A program made the position numbers and the translations under genes. A stretch of DNA of 64,000 nt from Macrostomum hystrix. Lineage: Eukaryota > Animalia > Platyhelminthes. The stretch lies in the NCBI GenBank assembly GCA_950097015.1, contig CATNEN010000001.1:19158001-19222000 (forward strand), given 5' to 3'. Positions 50,301 through 61,113 of this stretch are shown piece after piece. Within the stretch, counting starts at the first letter, position 1. Every line of letters starts with the position of its first letter. Below the pieces are notes generated by a model. It saw nothing but the letters and a program-made list of their open reading frames with translations. It did no database searches and was not told where the DNA came from.

Positions 50301-53300
50301 CGCAGCCGCGGAGAGAAGGCTTGGTGGCTTGTCGTGCAATTTACACCCTCGAGGGCCAACCTCCAAGGCACAGTGAGAGTGTACACTGCGTGACGATGAG
50401 AAAGTCAGGGCAGATGTACACACCTGTGTGAGCGTGCCTGCGAACGGTATCTATGTGCGTGAGTGCTCAGGAGTCAGCGAGTCTATATATTATTATTGCT
50501 ATAGGCCTGAACACTCCAGACACCGGCCGCGCGCCCTACCCGTATCAGATGCACGCAGGCCAGCGCACAGAAACGCAGCCTCGCGGCCAGTCGAGTCGCC
50601 TCAGTGTCAGCCGCCTCCGTCGCGGCACGTCCGGCGTCTCGCAGTCGCCGGCCAGAGTCTTCGGCCCTCAGAGCAGCCACCGTGCAGCGCAGGTCGGCCA
50701 CAGCGCGAGTGTCACCCAGTCGATCCTCGGCTAGAGACATCGCGGCACTCAGACCGGCGGTGTCATACTCTGCCGTCTGACACAGGGCCCACTGCCAACT
50801 TCGATACTCGTCGTCGTGTCCTGAAGAGGAGCTCGAACTCGCGACCACACTCCGCGCTAACTGCAGAGCAGGCTGCGGCGGCAATAATCGGGCCAGGAAA
50901 CGCGCAATTCCTGCCGAAAGACACCAGGCTGCCACGGCGAAGTTCAGCGAGTGCGCGCCTCGGTCTGCGGACAGAATTAAATCACTCAAACTCTTGATTG
51001 ATCAATCTCACCTTGCTTGGAGCAAAGAAGTATCGGAGTAACGAAGAAATTGAGTAAATAAGTAACTGAATAAGTTAGTAACGGAGTAATGAAGAAACGG
51101 AGTAACGAGGTAACGGAGTAAAAAATTAACGAAGTAGTGGAGTAACGAAGTAACGAAGTAACGGAGTAAAGAAGTAACGGAATAAAGAAGTAACGGAGTA
51201 ACGAACTAACGGAGTAACGGAGTAACGGAGTAACAGAGTAACGGAGCAACGGAGTAACAGAGTAACGAAGTAACGAAGTTACGGAGTACCAAAGTAACGA
51301 GTAGCAAAGTAACGAAGCAACGGAGTAACGGAGTAACAAAGTAACGAAGCAACAAAGTAACGAAGTAACGGAGTAACGGAGTAACGAAGTAACGAAGTAA
51401 CAGAGTAATTAAACAACTTTTAGGTTCCTTATGTTCTCCTGACTGCTCAAGCTCACCATGCTCCGAGCACTCTTCCGGCCGAACTCGGAGCCGCTGCATT
51501 GAGCTGAGCGCGGAGTCCAGGCTCTGCTGCAAGCCCCGGATCATCAGCAGCAGCTGGGCCTGGCCCGGCTGTGCCATCTGGCTGCATGCCTTCAGCTCAT
51601 TGGCTCCCGAGAGCAGCTGCTGCGCTGCGTGAATCAGCGACTGGAGAATAGGAAGAGGGTCAATCCCCTGTTTGATAAGAGAATCCCCTGTTTGATAAGG
51701 AAATCTCTGTGACATAAAGTAAATACCTGTCGAATAAATGAAAATCCCGGTTAGATAAAGGAAATTCCTGTTTGAAAAAGTAAATCCCAGCTGAAGTTAA
51801 GAAAATCCCAGCTGGAGTAAAGGAAATCCCAGTCGGAGTAAAGGAAATCCCAGTTGAAGTAAAGGAAATCCCAACTGGAGTTAATTAAATCCCAGCTGGA
51901 GTGAAGGAAATCCCAGTTGGAGTGAAGGAAATCCCAGTTGGAGTAAAGGAAATCCTAGTTGGAGTAAAGGAAATCCCAGCTGGAGTAAAGGAAATCCCAG
52001 TTGGAGTAAAGGAAATCCCAGCTGGAGTAAAGGAAATCCCAGCTGGAGTAAAGGAAATCCCAGCTGGAGTAAAGGAAATCCCAGTCGGAGTAAAGGAAAT
52101 CCCAGTCGGAGTAAAGGAAATCCCAGTCGGAGTAAAGGAAATCCCAGTCGGAGTAAAGAAAATCCCAGCTGGAGTGAAGGAAATCCCAGCTGGAGTGAAG
52201 GAAATCCCAGTTGGAGTGAAGGAAATCCCAGTTGGAGTAAAGGAAATCCCATCTGGAGTAAAGGAAATCCCAGCTGGAGTAAAGGAAATCCCAGCTGGAG
52301 TAAAGGAAATCCCTCTTATTTTAGGTACACTATGTTACGCTCGAAGATGACACTGTTAGATAAGGCAATTCACTTTTAGAACCGGAAATCCCATGCTACA
52401 GAAGGGAATTCTTTGAATTCTCAGAGTCCAAGGTGAGGCAAGAATTCCTCACCATGAAATTTGAGAAGCGCTCACCTCGTCGGTCTCTCCGTCAGTCCAG
52501 AAGTCCCGCGCCAGCCGCAGCCAGGGTCCGCAGACGGAGCTTAACATCTCCAGAGCGGCCTCCGCTCGTAGACTCCAGCGAGCGGCCGACCTTTCCAGCT
52601 CCTCCAGTCTCCGATGCTGCTGCTGCGAGTCCTCTCCGGTTCCAGCTGTTGATATGGCAACCAGTCGCGCCGCGTCTCCGTTCATAGCGTCAGTGGTGGC
52701 CTGCAGCTGCTCCAGGCGTCTAGAAAGATCGTCTTCAATAACGGAGCTCGAAGTTCGGCTGCCGCGCCCGCCTGCGCTGGCTGCGAGCTGACGAGAAGCT
52801 CCGGCGTAGAATGACGTCAGCTGAGAGACGTCGTTGGTTGCCATGGCAATATCGGCGCTAGCAGATTGCGGTGATGACCGCGTTGCTGTCACTATGGCAA
52901 CCAGGCGCTCTGCAAGTGGATGAAGCCTCCCAGCTTCCAGCGCCGCCGCCGCCTCTTCGTCTTCGGCTGCCTCCCGAAGCCCCAGAAGTCGCTGGTAGGG
53001 CGCTTCTGAGCGATCAAATCTGAAAAAGTAACGGAGTAACGAAGTAACTGAGTAACGAAGTAACTGAGTAACGAAGTAACTGAGTAACGAAGTAACTGAG
53101 TAACGAAGTAACTGAGTAACGAAGTAACTGAGTAACGAAGTAACTGAGTAACGAAGTAACTGAGTAACGAAGTAACTGAGTAACGAAGTAACTGAGTAAC
53201 GAAGTAACTGAGTAACGAAGTAACTGAGTAACGAAGTAACTGAGTAACGAAGTAACTGAGTAACGAAGTAACTGAGTAACGAAGTAACTGAGTAACGAAG

Positions 53301-56300
53301 TAACTGAGTAACGAAGTAACTGAGTAACGAAGTAACTGAGTAACGAAGTAACTGAGTAACGAAGTAACTGAGTAACGAAGTAACTGAGTAACGAAGTAAC
53401 TGAGTAACGAAGTAACAGTATAAAGAAGTAACGGACTAACTATGTAACTTCAAAGTCCAACCTCTGAGCTCCAAAGTTGGAAGGCAGACCCAGAAACGGA
53501 TTGTTCTCTTCACCGTCCAGCTCATCGTGAGTAGTCTCCCGTGACGCGTGCAGCTGCGGCCTGAGCTCCTTGTATAGTCTCGCCAGAGCCGCCTCATCAT
53601 CGCAGCTGGCCGCGACTGCTCTCAAATTTCGCAGGCACTTCACCGTCAGGTCCACCCGAAACCTCGCCTCGTCGTGCCACCTTGGTTCAACTTCGGCAGA
53701 ATAAAAGTGCGGCAGGAGGTTGCGCAGCAGGCTGGCCGATCGGAGCAGCTGCCTGAGCAGATTCTTCGCCGGTGGCAGCAGGTGACCGCCAGCCGGACTG
53801 TCTCGAAGGCGACGCTCCAGAAGGCGTTGACCGGCCTCGCAGGATCGTCGGCCGATCAGGGCGCCACGAATGATGCTGTCGATGGCAACGGCCCGGTCCT
53901 GCGGATGGCTGGTCACCGACTCCTGAACCTGCGAGATGGCGTCCTCTGTTGAGGGGAGATTTCGGAAATTGTTAAGGATCCCGGGACGCTGGGTAGAGAC
54001 CACGGTGGAATTTCAACTACCCCTGCCTACTTCACCCCTGCCTGCTCCCAAACTGAATGACTGATCTTTAGTGAATTTCGACCATATGGACCATCGTTGA
54101 ATATCTCGACGTTTTGTGATTCTGAAAGTTCTTTCATCGGATAAAGCGGAAAGTTTTAGCCAGCGTTCTGGATTTTCATGTCGGTTTTTTGAATATTTCT
54201 GGAGATGCAGATCGCGCTGGAATTCGGCCCCTTAACAGTCTGTCCTGTGGAGCCTTTCATGATGCTAATATTAAAGCAGCATTGCAGCACACCATTGATC
54301 TCCAGCAGCAGCTCAGGGTCCACAACCCTGTCCAGCACGCATGTCAGGTGGGTAACGGCTCTCGACCAGCTGGTCCGCAGGTCGGTTAGAAACTCAACTT
54401 CCTGCTGCTGCTGCTGCTGCCGCAGTTCGGCTGTCGCCAGCGGGGAAATTACCGTGTTGATCTCCATGTAAAGTCGTTCGCAGTCCCGCATTCCGTTAGC
54501 GATTTCTTTGATGTCTGTTAAATCCGTTGGGTGATTGGGTCTGCGTTTCAGTTGAGAAATCGTGGGACTCTGTCCTATAGCAAACTTAACAGTCTGTTTC
54601 AATATAACCTTTAGGATTGTCGCAAGAGGCGGAAGCGAACTTGACAACGCGGGTCATTGTGGCGTATTTTTCTTGGAAATCCGTGTACAGAGAGCTCAGC
54701 CAGGTGTTGCTCAGGTCTGAGTAGGGAGCCCTCGTTGAGCTGGCAGAAAAGCGACCCTGAAAATCGGTCATTCGCAGTTCAGCGACGAGCTCAAATTTTC
54801 ATGTCCAAAAACTCGCATATTCTTAATCCCAAGATATCGAATCCCTTAATCCCAGCATCCTATTAGTCTATTTACCGAATTCCTTAATCCCAATCGAATA
54901 CTGAATACTAAGCATCAAATCATAAGATTCGAAATATTCTGAAAACAAACGAAAGTTTATATCACAAATCCCTAGATCCCAAATCCCTAGATCCCAAATC
55001 CCAAGATCCCAAATCCCAAAATACCAAGATCTCAAATCCCAAGATCTCAAATCCCAAGATCCCAAATCCCAAGATCCCAAATCCCAAGATCTCAAATCCC
55101 AAGATCCCAAAATCCCAAATCCCAAATCCCAAATCCCAAGATCCCAAATCCCAAGATCCCAAATCCCAAGATCTCAAATCCCAAGATCCCAAATCCCAAA
55201 AATCCCAAATCCCAAGATCCCAAATCCCAAAATCCCAAATCCCAAATCCCAAGATCCCAAATCCCAAAATCCCAAATCCCAAGATCCCAAATCCCAAGAT
55301 CCCAAATCCCTAGATTAAAATCCCAAGATCCGAAGCTAAAAGCTTCAAAATTGGAAATCACAAGATCCCAAGATCCCGATTCCCATCTGCGCCTCACCGG
55401 GTTACTCGTCCGGCGCTGCAGCTGCAGGCTCAGCCGTTCCAGCGGCACCGCGGCATCGTTGAAGGCATGCACCAGCAGCCCAACAAGCGCCTCGTTGACC
55501 CCGGCCTCAATTAGTTTGCACTGCTCAGCTAACGAGTCGCACAGGCCGTTGAAGTCAGACATGGCCGCCGCGTCATCCGCCGCCTCCGAGGAGTTCAGCA
55601 GAAGCAGCAGCGAGTCCTTCAGCTCGTCGAACTTTTGTGATTAGAAGTTTTTTGGGACGTGAGGATCCATCACGAATATGCCTTACCCAGTCCCCAACAG
55701 AATCTCCCATTCGTACCTCCCTAGCAGCAGCCTGGTTGCTGCCCGCCTGGTCCGGTGGCAGCAGGTCGCAAACGGCAGTCACGTGACGCACAAAGGAATT
55801 CGCCAATCGCTCGAGTTTCCCCGGCCTCAGAAAGTGCCTGCTGGCCTCGCTGAGCGAGAAGATGAGCTGTTTGCGTGGGAGGCGAGGATTAATAAGAGAG
55901 GAACAAAAAAACTTAAAAGGAACTATTCCTCAGGAAACACTAGACTGGAGAGGAACAACATGGCCAGCAATGAGCTGGAATTGATAAAAACTTAATCGCA
56001 ATAATAATAATTATTTGGCCTCGCTGTGGGCAATCGCTCATTATTTTGGTGACACTAGACCCGCAGCCAGCGAGAAGAAAACTATGCCATTTTCATTGAC
56101 TCCTGAGCACACACGCACACAGATACTCTACGCTGGCACACGCTCACACAGTTGTGTACATCTGTCCCGACTGTCTCATCGTCAGGCAGTGTACACTGTC
56201 ACTGTGCCTTGGAGGTTGGCCCCCAAGCCTTCTCTCCGCGACTGAGCCCCAAATGAATGTGGCCTCGCCGCGGAATCGAGCTCAGGGACCTTGGTGCGAG

Positions 56301-58120
56301 AGGCAAACGCGTTGGACCGCTCTGCCACCGACCCCCCGCGAGATCACATCAGCTTGCTACATATTAGTGAGCACGGAGGTTCCAGCGGATTTAGTTTCCG
56401 TTTTTTTGCTGACCCTGTTCCGTCTTCTGACGCCGTTCGCTCACTGCATTTTATGACAAAATGTCCCAAAATAAAAAGCGAATAGTCTCAGAAGATTGGC
56501 TGACGACGAAATTAACAATTTTTAGGACTGAAGTGACGCACTTTAAGGAGATGCGGCAATAACCTTCCAACAGTTGTCATAGAGCTACATAATGAAGCAA
56601 CTTTTTTTATTACCTTTGTAGCTGAGAATGATAAACGTTTTTTGTATTGATCGAGCTTTACAAACCTCGTCAACGTTGACCACAAAGTGGCCACTCTCTA
56701 CGAAGATGCCACCGCAAGTCATGCTGGCTGCGGCTGAAGTGGCGCTAGCTGACTCCGAGTTCACAACCAGCGAGGCCTCGATGCCGTCGATCAGTTCAAC
56801 GCTTCGAGCCAGAAGCTCGCGTTTAGCGGCAGAGGCGGATGCGCTTAGTGGCTGCTGAACTGCGGCTTGCAGCGCCGAGTTGAGCTGGGGCAGCAGCCGC
56901 TTGAGCAGCTGGAATCGAGCCTGCGCCGAGTTGACTCGGGCCGGATGGCGCAACTGGCGCAGCAAGTCCGCGAGCTGAATGTGCAGCGTCTGGAGACGCT
57001 CCGTGAACGGCTGCGGGGTCGGATTTCTGCATGCATGAATTTCCACAACACCAAGACAGCGGGGTGCATTGAGCCAAGAAAGCAGCGAACGGGAGAAAGA
57101 CAATGCAATTCTCCCCTGGGGAACTTCAAATACCAACTTGAACAATAACTCCCAAACCTAATGATCGATTTTTGTGAAATTGCACCATCTGAATCAAAAC
57201 TTTCCGCCCTTTATGATGAAACCATCTTTCAAAACCATCAGAAGACACAATCGTCGAGATAGCTGCATGATCCTACAGTCAGCAGTAGCACCAGCTCCCG
57301 CATGCTGATGTCCTTCTCCATGGATTTCAGCAGGTCTCGGCACTCAGCTAGGCACTCCAGCACAGGCGAGATCAGCTGATTGTAACTGCCGGATATTGTC
57401 TGCGGGTGAGTTTGCCGGGTTGGTGAACCTGAGTACAGTCGTAGCTGCCATTCTAGGAATCTAGCTGCAATTTCTAATTGATTACAGATAAATTCCTACT
57501 GAAAATGCAAGCTGAGATAGTGTTACCAGTTACATATATATTTGTGCTTCCTGCTACGATTCTATCTTTGGTTTCTACCAAGATTCCGAATCTGAGACAC
57601 TCAAAACCATCGCCTCACCCTCTCGGCAAACTCGGCCACTTTCTCCAAAGCCCACTTGACACGTCGATAAGCCGCTAATCTCTCTGTCGGAGAATCCAAC
57701 AGGCTGGGCGACTTCAGCAATTGGCAGACACTCTTCACCTCCTTAGCAACCTGCGACTGCAGAGAATGTGAAAGATTTGACACACAGATATTTACAGAGC
57801 CCAACAAAAATTGATGCGCAAAAATTACAACTCACAGCGGCGGGCTGAGCACTGTGCTCACTGGCCAGTCCAGCAGCTTCGTAGGCATCATCGTCTTCGC
57901 CTTTGCCTTCGCCGAAGTGGAACAAATTTCTGCCTAATTTGTCATCGGTGAGAAAGTACACTAGCCGATCCAGGGCGGTCAGGACGTGCGCACGACGTGC
58001 GGCGCAGCTGGAGAGCTGCAAATGGCCGCCCACAGACGTCGCTGCTGTGGATGAGGAGCTGTCTACGAAATCAGCGGCTGCTCCGAATTCAGCAGCGCAA
58101 GCGTTTGACACGATGCTGAC
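47335..58120 (-). CDS. Multi-exon vinculin/alpha-catenin (catulin-like) family gene; 5' end uncertain
   Basis: Helical-bundle exons. C-terminal LEKEVNKWADQENWAVRLV, LFRESELIGDDVIRIARFADIVARMC, ELHRASKSL...QLSVL and ALMSAAAQLLRCVEACSV parallel the alpha-catenin actin-binding domain; LHPLAERLVAIV resembles M-domain motifs. Confidence 0.75.
48120..48395 (-). mobile_element. SINE family B copy, intronic, internally deleted
   Basis: Shares CCCCAAGCCTTCTCTCCGCGGCTGCGC and GACTCCTGAGCACACACGCA with other copies. Confidence 0.75.
49545..49690 (-). mobile_element. CORE-like SINE body fragment
   Basis: Minus strand TTGTGTCCTTTAGCAAGACACTTAACTCTGCATTGC...CACCCAGCTGTTAAAAGGGTACC. Confidence 0.6.
50212..50477 (+). 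mobile_element. SINE family B copy, intronic
   Basis: TGGCGGAGCGGTTAACGCG (A box)...GAGTTCGATTCC (B box) plus the shared body. Confidence 0.82.
51035..51410. repeat. 8-bp (AGTAACG(G/A))n degenerate repeat
   Basis: Direct inspection; same core as 53027-53435. Confidence 0.88.
51660..52315. repeat. 21-bp minisatellite (GGAGTAAAGGAAATCCCAGCT)
   Basis: About 25 good copies plus degenerate left-edge units. Confidence 0.93.
53027..53435. repeat. 16-bp minisatellite (AGTAACGAAGTAACTG)
   Basis: About 24 near-perfect copies filling the intron. Confidence 0.95.
54960..55385. repeat. 7/8-bp (ATCCCAA(G))n repeat
   Basis: Direct inspection. Confidence 0.9.
56015..56340 (-). mobile_element. SINE family B copy, intronic
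   Basis: Minus strand GGTGGCAGAGCGGTCCAACGCGTTTGCCTCTCGCACCAAGGTCCCTGAGCTCGATTCCGCGGCGAGGCC. Confidence 0.82.
57160..57262 (+). repeat. Short degenerate dispersed repeat (related inverted copies at ~54090-54160 and ~60790-60872)
   Basis: ATGA(T/C)CGATTTT(T/C)GTGAAA...CACCAT...GAATCAAAA...GATGAA...CTTTCAAA shared. Confidence 0.5.
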
Positions 58121-59789
58121 CTGGACATTCAATGTTTATACTGCGCATATAACACATAAATTGTTTAGCATATAACACAACACACATTCGTAAAACTCCA
58201 GTAGTATCTGCTAACTTAAGTTTGATTTTTTTGCTTTGACTGAGTTTTTGGAAATCTTGATAAGTTTGCAAACAGCTGTAATTATTTGTGTACACATCTT
58301 ACATGCCCCTTCGTGCTTAAGATGTAGTCTAGAAACGTTAAACTGTATTTATAAAAGTGTTTTATTTAAAAATTCATTTCATCATTCTTTTATAACAATT
58401 AAACCTCCTAGCAAATGAGCATAATGATGTTTAGGAGTGAAATTTTCATGAGGCTATGAAAATATATGCTCCATAACCCTATACTAAAAATGTTTCCACT
58501 TTGAAATTTATAAAAGGGACACAGTTATTATTATAAAAACGGTTTTAAAAGGTAAAGAGTATTTGCTATAAAAAGTGTATATAGACTTGGTGTTATCATA
58601 ACAAAAAAGAGTCTGGATTAGCTTGGTTAAGCTAGTGCTTATTAGCAGAATGGCAGCCAATAAGAAGTAAGGCATTATTTAATTACAGCTTAATTATCAT
58701 ATGAGCTCTTAAAGCATTCCCCTTTCTCATTTAAGCATTCTTTAGGCTTAAGCGTTTTGAGCATTTCAAAAAAAACTTCACGCTCTCATACCCTCTATGC
58801 TAAAAATTAAGCACTTTTAATCAGTGATTTACAATACAATACGTCCAACTCCAAGATTTTTGCTTCCAAAATACTCCAAGCCCCAAATACCTGGGATGAT
58901 ATGGCTTTCCAAAACGACAACGTTTGCATTGTAATGATTTCGTCCATCGTAGAAAGAGCAATTAGAAATATTTTCAAGTTCAATTGCTCTATCAAAAGTG
59001 AGCTTTGGAGCCACGAAAATAGAGATTTTCCGAAAATATTTCGATATCCACTTGTTAAACTTTTATGTAATGCCTAACACTCGACGACTAAAGTGCCATG
59101 CATACATTGTTAAGTTAAGAGATAACCGTTTTTTTAGTTTTTTTTATACAGAATAACTGCATAACTACTGCTGCAAAAGTAGCAAAAGCCTTGCACGTTT
59201 GTTTTAAATTTAAACCACGATATTTAAAAAATCCGTCATGTTTTTCTTCTAAGATGTTTTCCAATTATTCAAGCGTCGCAAAAAGGAGGTTCCCTGATTT
59301 TCGTGATCAAATCAATAACTAGACATGTATTAAGTAATCCAGCTTAAGTATTATAATTCAATATGCATTTTAATTGTGTCATCGTTCTACACTTTGCATG
59401 GACATTGAATGACATTTTATCATTCTGGGATGGATTCGATTTTTTTGCATAGTATCTAGCAAATAGTTTCCTATATTTTAGCATAAAATTTAATTAACTG
59501 TTTATGTTTAGTCAGTATTTTTATATAAAGGGAATAGATGTAAAATTAAGAAACTTATGTATAGTTTGGAATTTTTTCTTTTTTAAATAAATAACACACT
59601 TATAAATATATGTAAATGATTGTATTATTACACAGAGATGAGACCACAGAAATAAACAAAATATTTTACTACTCCGTTTTAATTATACCTAAGAGCTTTA
59701 AAAACTTTTTTATTTGACGTTTACATATCTGTAATCAGTTTTATTTCGAATTAAAATTATGTTATAGGTCTTTCTTCTTAGTAACTAAA

Positions 59790-60178
59790 CAAATCCACTA
59801 ATGCCACCAAAGTTGTTACAGGCCTTTATATTAGATTTATGTTTTTATTCCACTACCGTCACCAAAATTGTTATATGTTTATTTTAATAATTAAGATCCC
59901 ACCAAATGGCACTAAAGTTGTTACAGATTCCACGCTGTTATCACAATCGAGTATAGGTATTCTTATGCTTTAGACTGGCGGTCCTAAAATGGGCCGTTTA
60001 ACTTTCGATATTTCGCAGTGTTATTCTCTTCGCGAGCTCTGATGCTCTAATGGTAGGGTTTATTTCACATGATCTTGTAGCGTCTGTCTTGCACGAGCGA
60101 TAATTTAGGCAACTGAATGTATTTTTTTTGTCAATTAGGCGTCCCTGAGATTAGAGTTTAGCAGTTCCCTTTTAGTAA
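59790..60178 (-). repeat. End of dispersed repeat related to 32472-32690
   Basis: Reverse complement begins TTACTAAAAGGGAACTGCTAAACTCTAATCTCAGGGACGCCTAATTGAC. Confidence 0.7.
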
Positions 60179-60179
60179 A

Positions 60180-60739
60180 TATCTGAGTATAATTCTTAGT
60201 ATCTTGAAGTTCAGGCCGGTCGTTAAAGACGAAGCAGAACAGCCAAGATGAGTCGGTTCTGTTGAGGTGCTACAGCCGTGCTCACGCACGTGATCACTCA
60301 AGCTGTCTAGGTCCATGCGTTTCACATCACGGGGGACTGGAACACCACTAGTGACCTGATGATTGCGGCATTCTCGCAGAACTTTCCTGGCTTCTTCGTG
60401 CTGTTCCAATTTTAGGAGTGGCAACGGCCTCAAGCATTCCCTGTGCGGGCGCAGTCAGGAATCCGAGACAGAGTTCGAAGCAAACTTTGGAGATCTTCAG
60501 CCCTGCATAGGCGGGACAGTGCGCTTCGAACTTCGGTGTACACCTTGTGGTAGGACAGAGGATTCTCAGAATCCTTCAGCTCGGGCGGAGAGGGATCTGG
60601 AACCAGAACGAAAAGAGTGATCTTCATGACTCCTCCGTCAGTTGTCGGACGCAACTGCCTCTTGAACTGCATCAGCAATTGGGCAAGGTTATTCTGCACC
60701 TTCTTTACTTCCTCTTCCTCTATCGTTTTGATGTGTGCT
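60180..60739 (-). pseudogene. Frameshifted coding fragment, possibly vinculin/alpha-catenin N-terminal domain
   Basis: Acceptor TTTAG, then HIKTIEE (compare vinculin HTKTIES), EVRSALSRLCRAEDLQSLL and, in a shifted frame, EEARKVLREC. Weak by-eye similarity. Confidence 0.35.
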
Positions 60740-61113
60740 AAATAAAAAATCAATTGAATCTGTCTTTCAAGCACTCACCTATAGCATGAATTTGACGGCT
60801 TTGAAAGTTAGTTCATCGTAAGAATTCGAAAATTTTGATTCGAATGGTGGACTTTCACGAAAATCGGTCATTCGGTTTGGTAGCTATCGTGGAGTAGGCA
60901 GTGAGTATTTGAAATGCCCCGTGTTCTTTCCGACGATATATTTATATGATTTATTGAAGAGGCTGATGTTAATATTTTTTAAAGATGTTGCTAACATAAT
61001 CGGTTAAAAAATCGGCTCGAAAAGCGTTAAATCAGAAACTAAAGCAGTCATCACATCTAGCCTACTGGTACATTTTCATGACTAATTCCTCTAAGGCAGA
61101 CTAAGGCCCACTT

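Noticed and set aside
54960-55385. (ATCCCAA)n as interstitial telomeric repeat
   Set aside because: Reverse complement TTGGGAT/CTTGGGAT is not TTAGGG and is irregular; an ordinary intronic repeat.
39120-55562. ORFs made of SHLSRV, SSPQH, GVKEIP, GILGF, LTSMSNR and similar repeats
   Set aside because: Translations of intronic minisatellites lying between bona fide exons.
32472-60178. Inverted repeats at 32472 and 60178 as TIRs of a second ~28-kb transposon carrying two host genes
   Set aside because: The copies are substantially diverged with indels, no TSD or transposase is visible, and coding-like sequence continues beyond the right copy. Two independent copies of a dispersed repeat is simpler.
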